A stretch of DNA of 64,000 nt from an uncultured virus (IMG/VR IMGVR_UViG_3300035424_000304). Taxonomy: Duplodnaviria > Heunggongvirae > Uroviricota > Caudoviricetes. Each line of letters starts with the position of its first letter. Within the stretch, counting starts at the first letter, position 1. Where the stretch lies: IMG/VR virus record IMGVR_UViG_3300035424_000304. The stretch is one strand, 5' to 3'. The position numbers were made by a program, and so were the translations under genes. The notes beneath the pieces are model-generated. The model ran no database searches. It had not been told where the DNA came from and worked only from the letters and a program-made list of their open reading frames with translations. Of this stretch, positions 27,793 through 35,792 are shown piece by piece.

Positions 27793-29994
27793 ATGAGAAA
27801 ATATATCAAAGAAAATTCTTTCTTTATCTTCATCATTCTCATCTGCCTTCTCTTCAGCCTCATCTTAATAGGACGCCGCTGGAGGACAGAGTCCGCTAAT
27901 AAGGCTTACAACATCATACTTGACTATGAAGAGCTGGAGCTGATGGCAGAGCAAAGCGAACGAGATACTGTCTGGTGGATGAATCAATTTCAAGACATGG
28001 GGATCAATTACGTGGGGTTGATGGAAGAAAACCTGACTTCTCTGACAAAAGACCCCGCTGCCGATGTGTCCACTCTATCCATGAGTAAAGTTATGCAGGA
28101 TCCCAATTGGAAGGATAACTATCCGGAGCCGTTCGTTAGAGAAATTGACAAGCATGGCTATGATCGCTATGATATCATCGTGGAAGCGTCTGGAGCTGCC
28201 GCCGAATTTGTTGCCAAGGGATTAGAAGGGAGATTGGGAAAGCCATTTATTCACTATGAGGAGACCGATCCTATCCGTATCCATTTGGATGGAGAAAAGA
28301 AACACTATTTCCTCCTGGATGGCAGCATTAACGATGCTCTATACGCCAATAGTCCACAATATGTTACAGATATGCGAAGGGGATTTGCGTCCAGTACAGA
28401 AATTGAATCCTCGAAACTGCTGTATATTCCCCTTGGGTTGATGCCTGAGAAGGTTGCGCTGATTCAGGATGCTGGGCTGGAGATTGTGCCCAGGACGGTG
28501 ACATACGACGGCTACAATGGAGCCAGGTTCGCCGAAGACGTACTGGACGGGTATCAATCCTTTGGTATCCGTCCGAGATATATCCTTGCTGGTGGAGAGG
28601 CAGTGATCGGTGCTGACGATAAGGAGAGCAATCCGCTCTGGAACTATATTACAGAGAATGACATTCCTTTGGGACTCATCGAAACGAGCGTTCAGCGCGA
28701 GCATGTCAAACAGACGGGTTTAATTGAGATGGCAGAGGGTCAGAGTTATAATGCAGTCCGGGTCTTTTCCATGTGGGACTATGTACAGAACCGGTATGCT
28801 TATTACGGCTATGAGGGACCCGAGGAAATTGTCAACGAATTATTCCGGGCCATCACCGAACGAAACATCAGGGTGGTATATTTCAAGCCAATCAAACAGC
28901 ATGACAGCTACTTTGCCTATGTCACCGACCCGGGCGTCTATCGGGACATGTTTGAGAGTCTGGACGCAAGGCTTGCTCCCCACCACATCGTCCGAGGGGA
29001 AGCTCGTTCTATGGAGAATATCCAGTATCATCCCGTGTTCAGTCTGCCCATGGGTATTGCTGCGGGAATTGGTGGGGTTATGCTGCTGGCGCTGTTGCTC
29101 TCTCTGAATAAGAGGATTCAATTCATCCTTGCTGCTGGAGTTACCTTCGGAGTTATGGCGTTCATCATCATTGTACCCAATACCTCCCGGTTAATTATCA
29201 GCTTTGCCAACGCTGGCATTTTTGCCAGTCTCGCTGTGGCATTTTTCCTCCGGTCGGCAAAGTCCATCGGGCAATCCCTGTCGGAGACGAGCAGAGTCCG
29301 GGAGATAGTGGTGAAAAGCGTGGGTACGCTGGATGGAGCATTGCTTATTGCCCTTGCTGGAGCCATGCTGACCGCCGCTCCGCTATCCTCCACTGAATAC
29401 ATGTTGGAGATTGGTATTTTTCGCGGCGTAAAACTGGCACAGATGCTGCCTCTGGGAATGTTCTGTCTGCTGTTCCTGGCGTCCTTTGGGCTTTTTGAGA
29501 AGGAGCGTAGAGAGGATAGGCTCCAAATGAAAGATTTCGCCGGCATCCTAAATTGGACGATCCCAGTATGGGGCTTCTTGCTACTGGGAGTCCTGTTCAT
29601 GGCAGGGAGATACTATCTTGCCCGTACTGGGCATGAGACGTCTGTAACTGTCTCTTCTGTAGAACTCGTCCTGCGCAACATTCTGGAGAATATATCCTAT
29701 GCCCGACCGAGAACGAAAGAATTTCTGATTGCATTCCCCTGTATCATGCTGACGGTTTATGCCTCAGTTCGACGTATGCCATTCTGGGTGGGCCTTTTTG
29801 GCCTCGCCGGCACGATAGGGATGGCTAGTGTGATTAACACGTTTGAGCATATCCGGACGCCGCTGTATCTTGGCTTTATGCGTACCGCCGGCTCCCTCGT
29901 TCTGGGTACATTGCTAGGAATGGCGTATATTTTTATATTTGAATTTTTGTACAAAATGGCGCAAAGAAACCAGAAAGGGAAGGAGAATACATAA
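27793..29994 (+). CDS. DUF5693-like polytopic membrane protein
   Basis: N-terminal TM, large extracellular domain with AITERNIR, then many TMs with FRGVKL, RPRTKEFL and NTFEHIRTP. Confidence 0.7.
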   Translation: MRKYIKENSFFIFIILICLLFSLILIGRRWRTESANKAYNIILDYEELELMAEQSERDTVWWMNQFQDMGINYVGLMEENLTSLTKDPAADVSTLSMSKVMQDPNWKDNYPEPFVREIDKHGYDRYDIIVEASGAAAEFVAKGLEGRLGKPFIHYEETDPIRIHLDGEKKHYFLLDGSINDALYANSPQYVTDMRRGFASSTEIESSKLLYIPLGLMPEKVALIQDAGLEIVPRTVTYDGYNGARFAEDVLDGYQSFGIRPRYILAGGEAVIGADDKESNPLWNYITENDIPLGLIETSVQREHVKQTGLIEMAEGQSYNAVRVFSMWDYVQNRYAYYGYEGPEEIVNELFRAITERNIRVVYFKPIKQHDSYFAYVTDPGVYRDMFESLDARLAPHHIVRGEARSMENIQYHPVFSLPMGIAAGIGGVMLLALLLSLNKRIQFILAAGVTFGVMAFIIIVPNTSRLIISFANAGIFASLAVAFFLRSAKSIGQSLSETSRVREIVVKSVGTLDGALLIALAGAMLTAAPLSSTEYMLEIGIFRGVKLAQMLPLGMFCLLFLASFGLFEKERREDRLQMKDFAGILNWTIPVWGFLLLGVLFMAGRYYLARTGHETSVTVSSVELVLRNILENISYARPRTKEFLIAFPCIMLTVYASVRRMPFWVGLFGLAGTIGMASVINTFEHIRTPLYLGFMRTAGSLVLGTLLGMAYIFIFEFLYKMAQRNQKGKENT

Positions 29995-30482
29995 TGTTAA
30001 AAGAACAAAAAGATAAGAGTATTTCACCGAGAGTGGCTAAAGTCTGCTTTCAAGCGGTATTTTTGCTTGGCATAATCTTGCTTGCGGTTGTTGTCAGATT
30101 TCTCTCCAATGACATCAGCCGGCAGACGAATGAAAAGCAGCTCTATCAGTTCAATCTGGCTGTCCCTCCGTCACTGCGGCAAACTGACTACGCAGATGTG
30201 GTGAGCATTGCTGATTATCCCAGTATGTATTTCAATGCGGATGATTATGCCATAATGTGGCGCTTTGCCGATACTTATAATATTGACAAGTTTCATATCC
30301 GGAACCTTGTCACAGGTGGCGATAGCAGACGCCTAAAAACTTTTCCGGACAGCTTAAAGCAGATTGATAGTTATATCAAGCAGAATGACATCTCAAGCGA
30401 GGACGCCCAAAATGCTATCAATTATATTTTGTCGCAGCAGGCAGGAGATATGCCCCAACAATTTGCATATCTCGTGGGTTAA
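29994..30482 (+). CDS. membrane-anchored hypothetical protein
   Basis: 162 aa, single N-terminal TM, overlaps the upstream stop. Confidence 0.6.
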   Translation: MLKEQKDKSISPRVAKVCFQAVFLLGIILLAVVVRFLSNDISRQTNEKQLYQFNLAVPPSLRQTDYADVVSIADYPSMYFNADDYAIMWRFADTYNIDKFHIRNLVTGGDSRRLKTFPDSLKQIDSYIKQNDISSEDAQNAINYILSQQAGDMPQQFAYLVG

Positions 30483-30567
30483 TACCATTAGCTGTGAGAA
30501 CCCCGCCCCGAATTGGGAAAAAAGTTAGATGTAGGTGTCATATTTTTTGTAAGGGAGGTGCTAACTC

Positions 30568-31749
30568 ATGATAGAACTCAGAGGGCAGTATAATGCCGCC
30601 AAGGTATTTACGGACAACATTGACCGGGACGGTATTTCGCAGATTATTGCCATGATGAATCAAGCATACATGGCCGACAGCCGGATTCGCATCATGCCGG
30701 ATGTACATGCCGGGAAAGGTTGTGTCATTGGGACGACCATGACAATTAAGGACAAAGTCTGTCCGAATCTAGTTGGGGTGGACATCGGGTGCGGAATGGA
30801 GACTGTGAGGCTCCGGGAAACGGAAATTGATTTGGAGAAGTTGGACGATTTCATTAACGCCGAAATCCCGTCTGGGTTCGATAATCGAACCAGTCCTCAT
30901 GACTTGTCCAAGAAAATCGACCTCTCCAAGTTGTGCTGTGCAGACAGGCGGGAAATGCTGGACAATTATTATTGTTCTATCGGCAGCCTGGGCGGAGGAA
31001 ATCATTTTATCGAGTTGGACAGGGATGATTCTGGCAGTCTCTACCTTGTCGTCCATTCTGGCAGCCGCCTGCTGGGCGGGAAGGTTGCCAGTTATTATCA
31101 GCGGGAGGGGGCCAGGACACTGACCAAGGAGGCGCAGGTTGAGGCCATCGAGAAGATGAAGGCTGCTGGGCGGCAGGCGGACATTCAGGGAATGCTCAAA
31201 TCCACAGATTTTAATGTCCCGAAAGACTTGGCATACGTTACAGGGTCTCTCCTGGAGCAATATCTGAACGACATGAAGATTGCTCAGGAATTTGCTGCCC
31301 TGAACCGGCAGGCAATTGTCTGTGATATTGTTAAGGCGTTTGGGCTTCATGTGGAGGAACAATTCACTACAACCCATAATTATATCGATTTGGAGAACAA
31401 TATTCTTCGGAAAGGAGCCGTCTCCGCACAGAAAGGGGAGAAGATCTTGATTCCGATGAATATGCGGGACGGGTGCCTGATTTGTTTGGGCCGTGGTAAC
31501 GAGGATTGGAACTGCTCCGCTCCTCATGGAGCTGGACGACTTTTGCGACGAAGTGATGCAAAAGAGCTGCTGGATTTGGAGGAGTTCCAGATGGAGATGG
31601 AGGGCATCTATTCTACCTCCATTGGCCTCAGTACCCTGGATGAAAGTCCCATGGCATATAAGCCCATGGGAGGAATTCTGGAAGATATTCGTCCCACAGC
31701 CTCCGTTCTGGAAATTATTCGCCCCGTTTATAATTTCAAGGCCCACTGA
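30568..31749 (+). CDS. rtcB: RtcB family RNA ligase
   Basis: MPDVHAG, VGVDIGCG, GSLGGGNHFIE, HSGSR, HNY, RKGA, SAPHGAGR, DESPMAYK. Confidence 0.95.
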   Translation: MIELRGQYNAAKVFTDNIDRDGISQIIAMMNQAYMADSRIRIMPDVHAGKGCVIGTTMTIKDKVCPNLVGVDIGCGMETVRLRETEIDLEKLDDFINAEIPSGFDNRTSPHDLSKKIDLSKLCCADRREMLDNYYCSIGSLGGGNHFIELDRDDSGSLYLVVHSGSRLLGGKVASYYQREGARTLTKEAQVEAIEKMKAAGRQADIQGMLKSTDFNVPKDLAYVTGSLLEQYLNDMKIAQEFAALNRQAIVCDIVKAFGLHVEEQFTTTHNYIDLENNILRKGAVSAQKGEKILIPMNMRDGCLICLGRGNEDWNCSAPHGAGRLLRRSDAKELLDLEEFQMEMEGIYSTSIGLSTLDESPMAYKPMGGILEDIRPTASVLEIIRPVYNFKAH

Positions 31750-31812
31750 TAAGAGAGCCGACAGGGAAGAGCTTGCGAGTAGGGTCTTTCAAAAGTGAGG
31801 TAGGTCTGAAAC

Positions 31813-32178
31813 ATGCACACATTTGATGAGGTGGCTGGGTACCTGGACGATATTGTGGACGCGCTTCCCGGCTATATCCCCCAGTCCCTCCCCGGTGGAA
31901 TCTTCCTGATTCCAGAAGCGAAACCACACCCCAGCCTTCCGTTCCCGCAGTATATGGTGCTGGGGGAGTATATCCGGGATCCGCTGGGGGCGCATATCCA
32001 CGTATACTACAATTCTGTCATGGCAAAATACGCCGATGCGAGCGTAAAGGACATCCAGGAGGCGCTCAGAGAGGTTATCCTCCATGAATTCCGGCACCAC
32101 TTCGAGTTCAGAGCGGGCTGCCAGGACTTGGATATCGAAGACCAGCAGTTTGTGGCAGACGCAAAGGAAAGATTGTAG
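31813..32178 (+). CDS. zincin-like metallopeptidase family protein
   Basis: LGEY..I.VYY....VILHEFRHHFE (HExxH). Confidence 0.7.
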   Translation: MHTFDEVAGYLDDIVDALPGYIPQSLPGGIFLIPEAKPHPSLPFPQYMVLGEYIRDPLGAHIHVYYNSVMAKYADASVKDIQEALREVILHEFRHHFEFRAGCQDLDIEDQQFVADAKERL

Positions 32179-32272
32179 CAAAACAAGAATTCCCCTCTCC
32201 TGGGCCTGATTTTAGGGCAGGAGGGGGGAAGTTTTTTAGGGACTGGTCCGGCAAGGGTCAGCGTTTTGTATT

Positions 32273-32304
32273 CCCAACCGACAAAGTCGGTCGGGGTTGT
32301 TCAA
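32273..32304 (+). mobile_element. solo IS200/IS605 right-end hairpin
   Basis: CCCAACCGACAAAGTCGGTCGGGGTTGTTCAA, identical to 37712-37743. Confidence 0.75.
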
Positions 32305-32407
32305 AAAGAAACTTTTTATACTTTCGAATTGTTTTGCATAATACTTTTCAACCATAGACAAAAGAAGAAGGCAAAAAACAGGGTAAAATAAAAAAGGAGG
32401 ATACTCT

Positions 32408-32887
32408 ATGAAGTACCAATTCAGAACAGACATTGAAACAAAAGTCCCCACCTGTGCCCTAATCGAAAACTACCAGGATCTGAGTATCGCCATCCAGAAC
32501 GGCGACTGGGACCTGGTTGAAGTAGTCGCCGACTGTCTGGCGGATACCATCAATGACTATACGATTGTTCCGGAGGGCCTGCATATCAAGCCCAGCGGAT
32601 CGTCCATGGTTTTAATGAGTGAAGAGTCTGGGGTTATTGTGGGAGAAGACGGGGAGGATATCCGGTGCATTGCCGGCGTTCCTGTTTCGGATGCCTTGTG
32701 CGGGGATTATTCCCAATGCCCTGACTGCTTCTACAAAGAGTCCGGCTGCCGCCCGGAAATCGGTCGGGTGCGGCTGAGAGAGGGAGAAAGGGGAGTATTC
32801 GATGCAAGAAACCCTATGCCGTCCCTTATGCTGTTGGATGAGCTAAAAAAGGTGTACACTGTGGGAGGTGACCAAATCAATGGATAA
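32408..32887 (+). CDS. hypothetical protein
   Basis: 159 aa, AGGAGG RBS; N-terminus shared with the 33323 ORF. Confidence 0.65.
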   Translation: MKYQFRTDIETKVPTCALIENYQDLSIAIQNGDWDLVEVVADCLADTINDYTIVPEGLHIKPSGSSMVLMSEESGVIVGEDGEDIRCIAGVPVSDALCGDYSQCPDCFYKESGCRPEIGRVRLREGERGVFDARNPMPSLMLLDELKKVYTVGGDQING

Positions 32888-33275
32888 CGGAATGGACTAT
32901 GACGTTCAGACTACAGTAAATTTCCAGCTGGACTTTGACGGATCCGGCGAATTCAATATGTTGCTGCTCCCGAATATACAGAAGCAGTTTGTGCAGCATG
33001 TTAAGGAAGTCTATGAGAAGGACAATACCCTAGGCACCGGCTATGTCTCCAGTGATCTGAATTTCCGTTTTGATGGACGTATGGTGCAGCTGGAATATAC
33101 CTTTCACTGCCATGACGAAAACGAGCGTGAAGCGGAGAGCTTCTCCACCTACAGTGTGCAGTGTATTCAGGAGACACTGGAGGAGTTTGGCTGCAAGATC
33201 AGGAAAATTGAATGTAAAGCTGAGGAAACAGACATGATGTGGCTGGATCGGCTGGAGGATGCGATTTTCGGATAA
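32880..33275 (+). CDS. acidic hypothetical protein
   Basis: About 131 aa, GGAGGTG RBS. Confidence 0.6.
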   Translation: MDNGMDYDVQTTVNFQLDFDGSGEFNMLLLPNIQKQFVQHVKEVYEKDNTLGTGYVSSDLNFRFDGRMVQLEYTFHCHDENEREAESFSTYSVQCIQETLEEFGCKIRKIECKAEETDMMWLDRLEDAIFG

Positions 33276-33322
33276 AGGACGATGGAGATACAAAACAGGG
33301 TAAAACAAAAGGAGGATGCTTT

Positions 33323-34009
33323 ATGAAATACCAATTCAGAACAGACAGTGAAACAAAAGACCCCACCTGTAACAGAATCGATAAGGACTTCGAACTGAAA
33401 GAACTCCGATTCCTCGTTTCCCATTTGGGGCCAGGCGATATTTCCGATGACGATCTTGGTCAAATGTTGACATTGGTGCGGAGAGGTTCCAGCAGAGACA
33501 TCGACCCGGTCTTCCAGACTGGAAACTTCCGCTGCTGGCTGGATCGGTATGTGTTAAAGAACTATTTCCGGGTGGAGATTTCTATTTTGGATCCAGCGCA
33601 TCCGTTCCCCTCCCAAAAGGAACTTGGGGAAATTATGAAACATTATGGGATATACGGCGAGGCACGATACTTCATCATGTACGGAACCAACAAGGTTCCC
33701 ACAACAATTTCGCTCTCCGTGGCAACGGATGAGGAGATGAACCCTATCACAAAGCCCCTCCCGCTCACTCTCAGGCAGGCCCGCGTCCTTGATTCCAGAG
33801 CTAAGGGTTGGTCATACATGGATATCGCTATGGCTGAAGAATGCAGTGTGGACAAAGTTATTGATACCTTGATATCGATTCTTATCAAGTCCCGTCAGTA
33901 CGGGTTCCGCCAGATTTGGCCAGAAGAGATGGAGATGACTTTCTCTGAGGATGAATATGCCAAGGCAGTGAAGCTACCGGAGGAAAAGGAAGGGAAGGAA
34001 GCTAAGTGA
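33323..34009 (+). CDS. hypothetical protein with C-terminal LuxR/sigma4-like HTH
   Basis: LTLRQARVL....GWSYMDIAMAEECSVDKV. Confidence 0.55.
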   Translation: MKYQFRTDSETKDPTCNRIDKDFELKELRFLVSHLGPGDISDDDLGQMLTLVRRGSSRDIDPVFQTGNFRCWLDRYVLKNYFRVEISILDPAHPFPSQKELGEIMKHYGIYGEARYFIMYGTNKVPTTISLSVATDEEMNPITKPLPLTLRQARVLDSRAKGWSYMDIAMAEECSVDKVIDTLISILIKSRQYGFRQIWPEEMEMTFSEDEYAKAVKLPEEKEGKEAK

Positions 34010-34188
34010 TGGATACTATTCAGTATATGATCGAGGAACTGTGTCTCTCCGGCGCAGTCGGCGTTGGTAACTGCTGCAAATCCACGTTATACCGGTATGT
34101 CCGGCAAATCAACGAACGGTTGGAGCGGGAGAACTACGATTGGCGAGTAAAAGTAGATGCAAAGGACATGACTATCATTGTAGTCTGA
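34006..34188 (+). CDS. small hypothetical protein
   Basis: 60 aa, coupled to the upstream gene. Confidence 0.45.
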   Translation: MMDTIQYMIEELCLSGAVGVGNCCKSTLYRYVRQINERLERENYDWRVKVDAKDMTIIVV

Positions 34189-34316
34189 CCCGACGATTTT
34201 CCCAAAAGACAACCCCCTCTCTTTTCACGTTTTGGGAGAAGAGAGGGGGATTTTTGTGGGGATTATGAGGTATTCAAAGCCAAGAATCCAGGGGGATGTT
34301 TCCTGGCGAACCTCGT

Positions 34317-34363
34317 AAAAATCCCCGGTCTCTTCCCATAGTAGGAAAAGACAGAGGATTTTG
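34317..34363 (-). terminator. terminator of the tRNA operon
   Basis: AAAATCCTCTGTCTTTTCC-loop-GGAAGAGACCGGGGATTTT directly after tRNA-Ser. Confidence 0.6.
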
Positions 34364-34367
34364 CGGA

Positions 34368-34455
34368 TGGCGAAGAGGGAGGGATTCGAACCCCCGGAGC
34401 CTTTCAGCCCGTCGGTTTTCAAGACCGACACCATCGACCGCTCGGACACCTCTCC
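34368..34455 (-). tRNA. tRNA-Ser (UGA)
   Basis: Cloverleaf with long variable arm, loop CT-TGA-AA, GGTTCGAATCC, encoded CCA. Confidence 0.95.
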
Positions 34456-34458
34456 GTA

Positions 34459-34534
34459 TGGCAGCCGCAGATGGAATCGAACCACCGCCTCCAGGGTCAG
34501 AACCTGGCGCACTAGCCACTATGCGATGCGGCTA
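34459..34534 (-). tRNA. tRNA-Gln (CUG)
   Basis: CCAGG-TT-CTG-AC-CCTGG, GGTTCGATTCC, encoded CCA. Confidence 0.9.
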
Positions 34535-34601
34535 TATATGAACTCCGACTCCCAGGCAATTCCCATGCCGGCCCAGAGAATACTGGGAGATAGGAGTTCT
34601 G

Positions 34602-34677
34602 TGGTACCTTTGATTGGACTCGAACCAACAACCTTCTCCGTATGAAGGAGCTGCTCTGCCAACTGAGCTACAAAGGC
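34602..34677 (-). tRNA. tRNA-Met (CAU), elongator type; Ile2 not excluded
   Basis: GCTCC-TT-CAT-AC-GGAGA, GGTTCGAGTCC, encoded CCA. Confidence 0.85.
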
Positions 34678-34681
34678 ATAT

Positions 34682-34759
34682 TGGGGTGGACGGCGGAACT
34701 CGAATCCGCGACCTCCTGGGCCACAACCAGGCGCTCTAACCCAACTGAGCTACGCCCAC
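34682..34759 (-). tRNA. tRNA-His (GUG)
   Basis: CCTGG-TT-GTG-GC-CCAGG, C73 discriminator, encoded CCA; the -1 base is T. Confidence 0.95.
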
Positions 34760-34760
34760 A

Positions 34761-34837
34761 TGGCGACTATGATGGGACTCGAACCCACGGCCTCCAGCGT
34801 GACAGGCTGGCGCTCTTCGCTACTGAGCTACATAGCC
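34761..34837 (-). tRNA. tRNA-Asp (GUC)
   Basis: CCAGC-CT-GTC-AC-GCTGG, encoded CCA. Confidence 0.9.
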
Positions 34838-34841
34838 ATAA

Positions 34842-34917
34842 TGGCGGCTCCTGCAGGGTTCGAACCTGCGACTTTCCGGTTAACGGCCGGACGCTCTACC
34901 AACTGAGCTAAGGAGCC
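34842..34917 (-). tRNA. tRNA-Asn (GUU)
   Basis: TCCGG-CC-GTT-AA-CCGGA, encoded CCA. Confidence 0.9.
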
Positions 34918-34921
34918 ATAA

Positions 34922-34998
34922 TGGCGACTACGAGGGGACTCGAACCCCCGACCTCCGGCGTGACAGGCCGGCGCTCTTCGCTACTGAGCTACGTAGCC
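34922..34998 (-). tRNA. tRNA-Asp (GUC), second copy
   Basis: CCGGC-CT-GTC-AC-GCCGG, encoded CCA. Confidence 0.9.
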
Positions 34999-35004
34999 AA
35001 ATAT

Positions 35005-35080
35005 TGGCGGTTCCTGCAGGGTTCGAACCTGCGACCTTCCGGTTAACGGCCGGACGCTCTGCCAACTGAGCTAAGGAACC
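35005..35080 (-). tRNA. tRNA-Asn (GUU), second copy
   Basis: TCCGG-CC-GTT-AA-CCGGA, encoded CCA. Confidence 0.9.
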
Positions 35081-35177
35081 GTATGGTAAAGGGGAGGGTA
35101 TTTACCATCAAAGCTTGCAACCTCCTCAGGGAACCCCTCTTTGATTATCCGGCATATGCGCACTTAACCGGCCCTTC

Positions 35178-35252
35178 TGGCAAGGGCGAGGCGATTCGAA
35201 CACCCGTCAACGGTTTTGGAGACCGCCGCTCTACCAATTGAGCTACACCCCT
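35178..35252 (-). tRNA. tRNA-Trp (CCA)
   Basis: GCGGT-CT-CCA-AA-ACCGT, TGTTCGAATCG, encoded CCA. Confidence 0.9.
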
Positions 35253-35260
35253 ATATTCTG

Positions 35261-35308
35261 AAAAGAAAAACTACGCCAGCCTTTGGGTCTTACCCATTGG
35301 CTGACGTA
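35261..35308 (-). terminator. attenuator terminator between the leader peptide and the first tRNA
   Basis: TACGTCAGCC-AATGGGTAAGACCCAAA-GGCTGGCGTA-GTTTTTCTTTT (10-bp stem, inner hairpin, U-tract). Confidence 0.8.
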
Positions 35309-35348
35309 TCATGCATGCATATCTAGTGAGACAGATATTCAATCCACC

Positions 35349-35477
35349 TCACCCTGTCACCAAACAGGGATTTCTATGCAAACCATACTTTGCCAAGGGC
35401 GCAACGAACCGGGACTGGTGCATATCTGACCAATCCTGATGATTCATATTCTGCCGAATGAAGCAAGTACGCAGCAT
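35349..35477 (-). CDS. tRNA-operon leader peptide (42 aa, MLRTCFIRQNMNHQDWSDMHQSRFVAPLAKYGLHRNPCLVTG)
   Basis: RBS AGAAAGGAG 9 nt before the ATG; lies between a sigmaA promoter and a terminator; 14-codon run matching the operon tRNAs. Confidence 0.8.
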   Translation of the reverse strand: MLRTCFIRQNMNHQDWSDMHQSRFVAPLAKYGLHRNPCLVTG

Positions 35478-35513
35478 ATTAGTGATCTCCTTTCTGGTGA
35501 AGTCTATGGACCT

Positions 35514-35542
35514 ATTGTAGATCGGTTTTCTCAAAATGTCAA
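35514..35542 (-). promoter_or_regulatory. sigmaA-type promoter of the leader/tRNA operon
   Basis: TTGACA-N17-TACAAT. Confidence 0.8.
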
Positions 35543-35734
35543 GACCTATTTTTAATATTTTTTTGTCTCCGTGCATAGTATATAATGAATAGGACGCCGG
35601 TAAGGGTAATAGGAATATATATGGGCTTAAATTTCCTCACGGATGCAATCCTCCTTCCTAAGACTGATTCGTATAGGGGGAAACCGTGGAAAGTATTATA
35701 AGGATGAAGGTCGCAAAAGTTCCTTGCGTTATTC

Positions 35735-35762
35735 GATATTTTTTTAGACAAACGCATAATAT
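35735..35762 (+). promoter_or_regulatory. representative copy of the element-wide ATA-N16-CATA promoter motif
   Basis: GATATTTTTTTAGACAAACGCATAATAT; about 26 copies with identical spacing upstream of ORFs (listed in findings). Confidence 0.75.
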
Positions 35763-35792
35763 AAAGAAATCATAACAAGGAGGAAGTTGTCC

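Noticed and set aside
34540..34601. Theta/HDV-like ribozyme after tRNA-Met (contains GGCCGGCATGG)
   Set aside because: Could not build the nested double pseudoknot or find the L3 and J4/2 consensus; kept only as a structured spacer
34225..34911. ORFs overlapping the tRNA cluster
   Set aside because: Spurious translations of tRNA genes
35261..35477. T-box riboswitch as the explanation for the tRNA-operon leader
   Set aside because: No T-box consensus (AGGGTGGNACCGCG) before the terminator; an RBS-led ORF with cognate codons fits better
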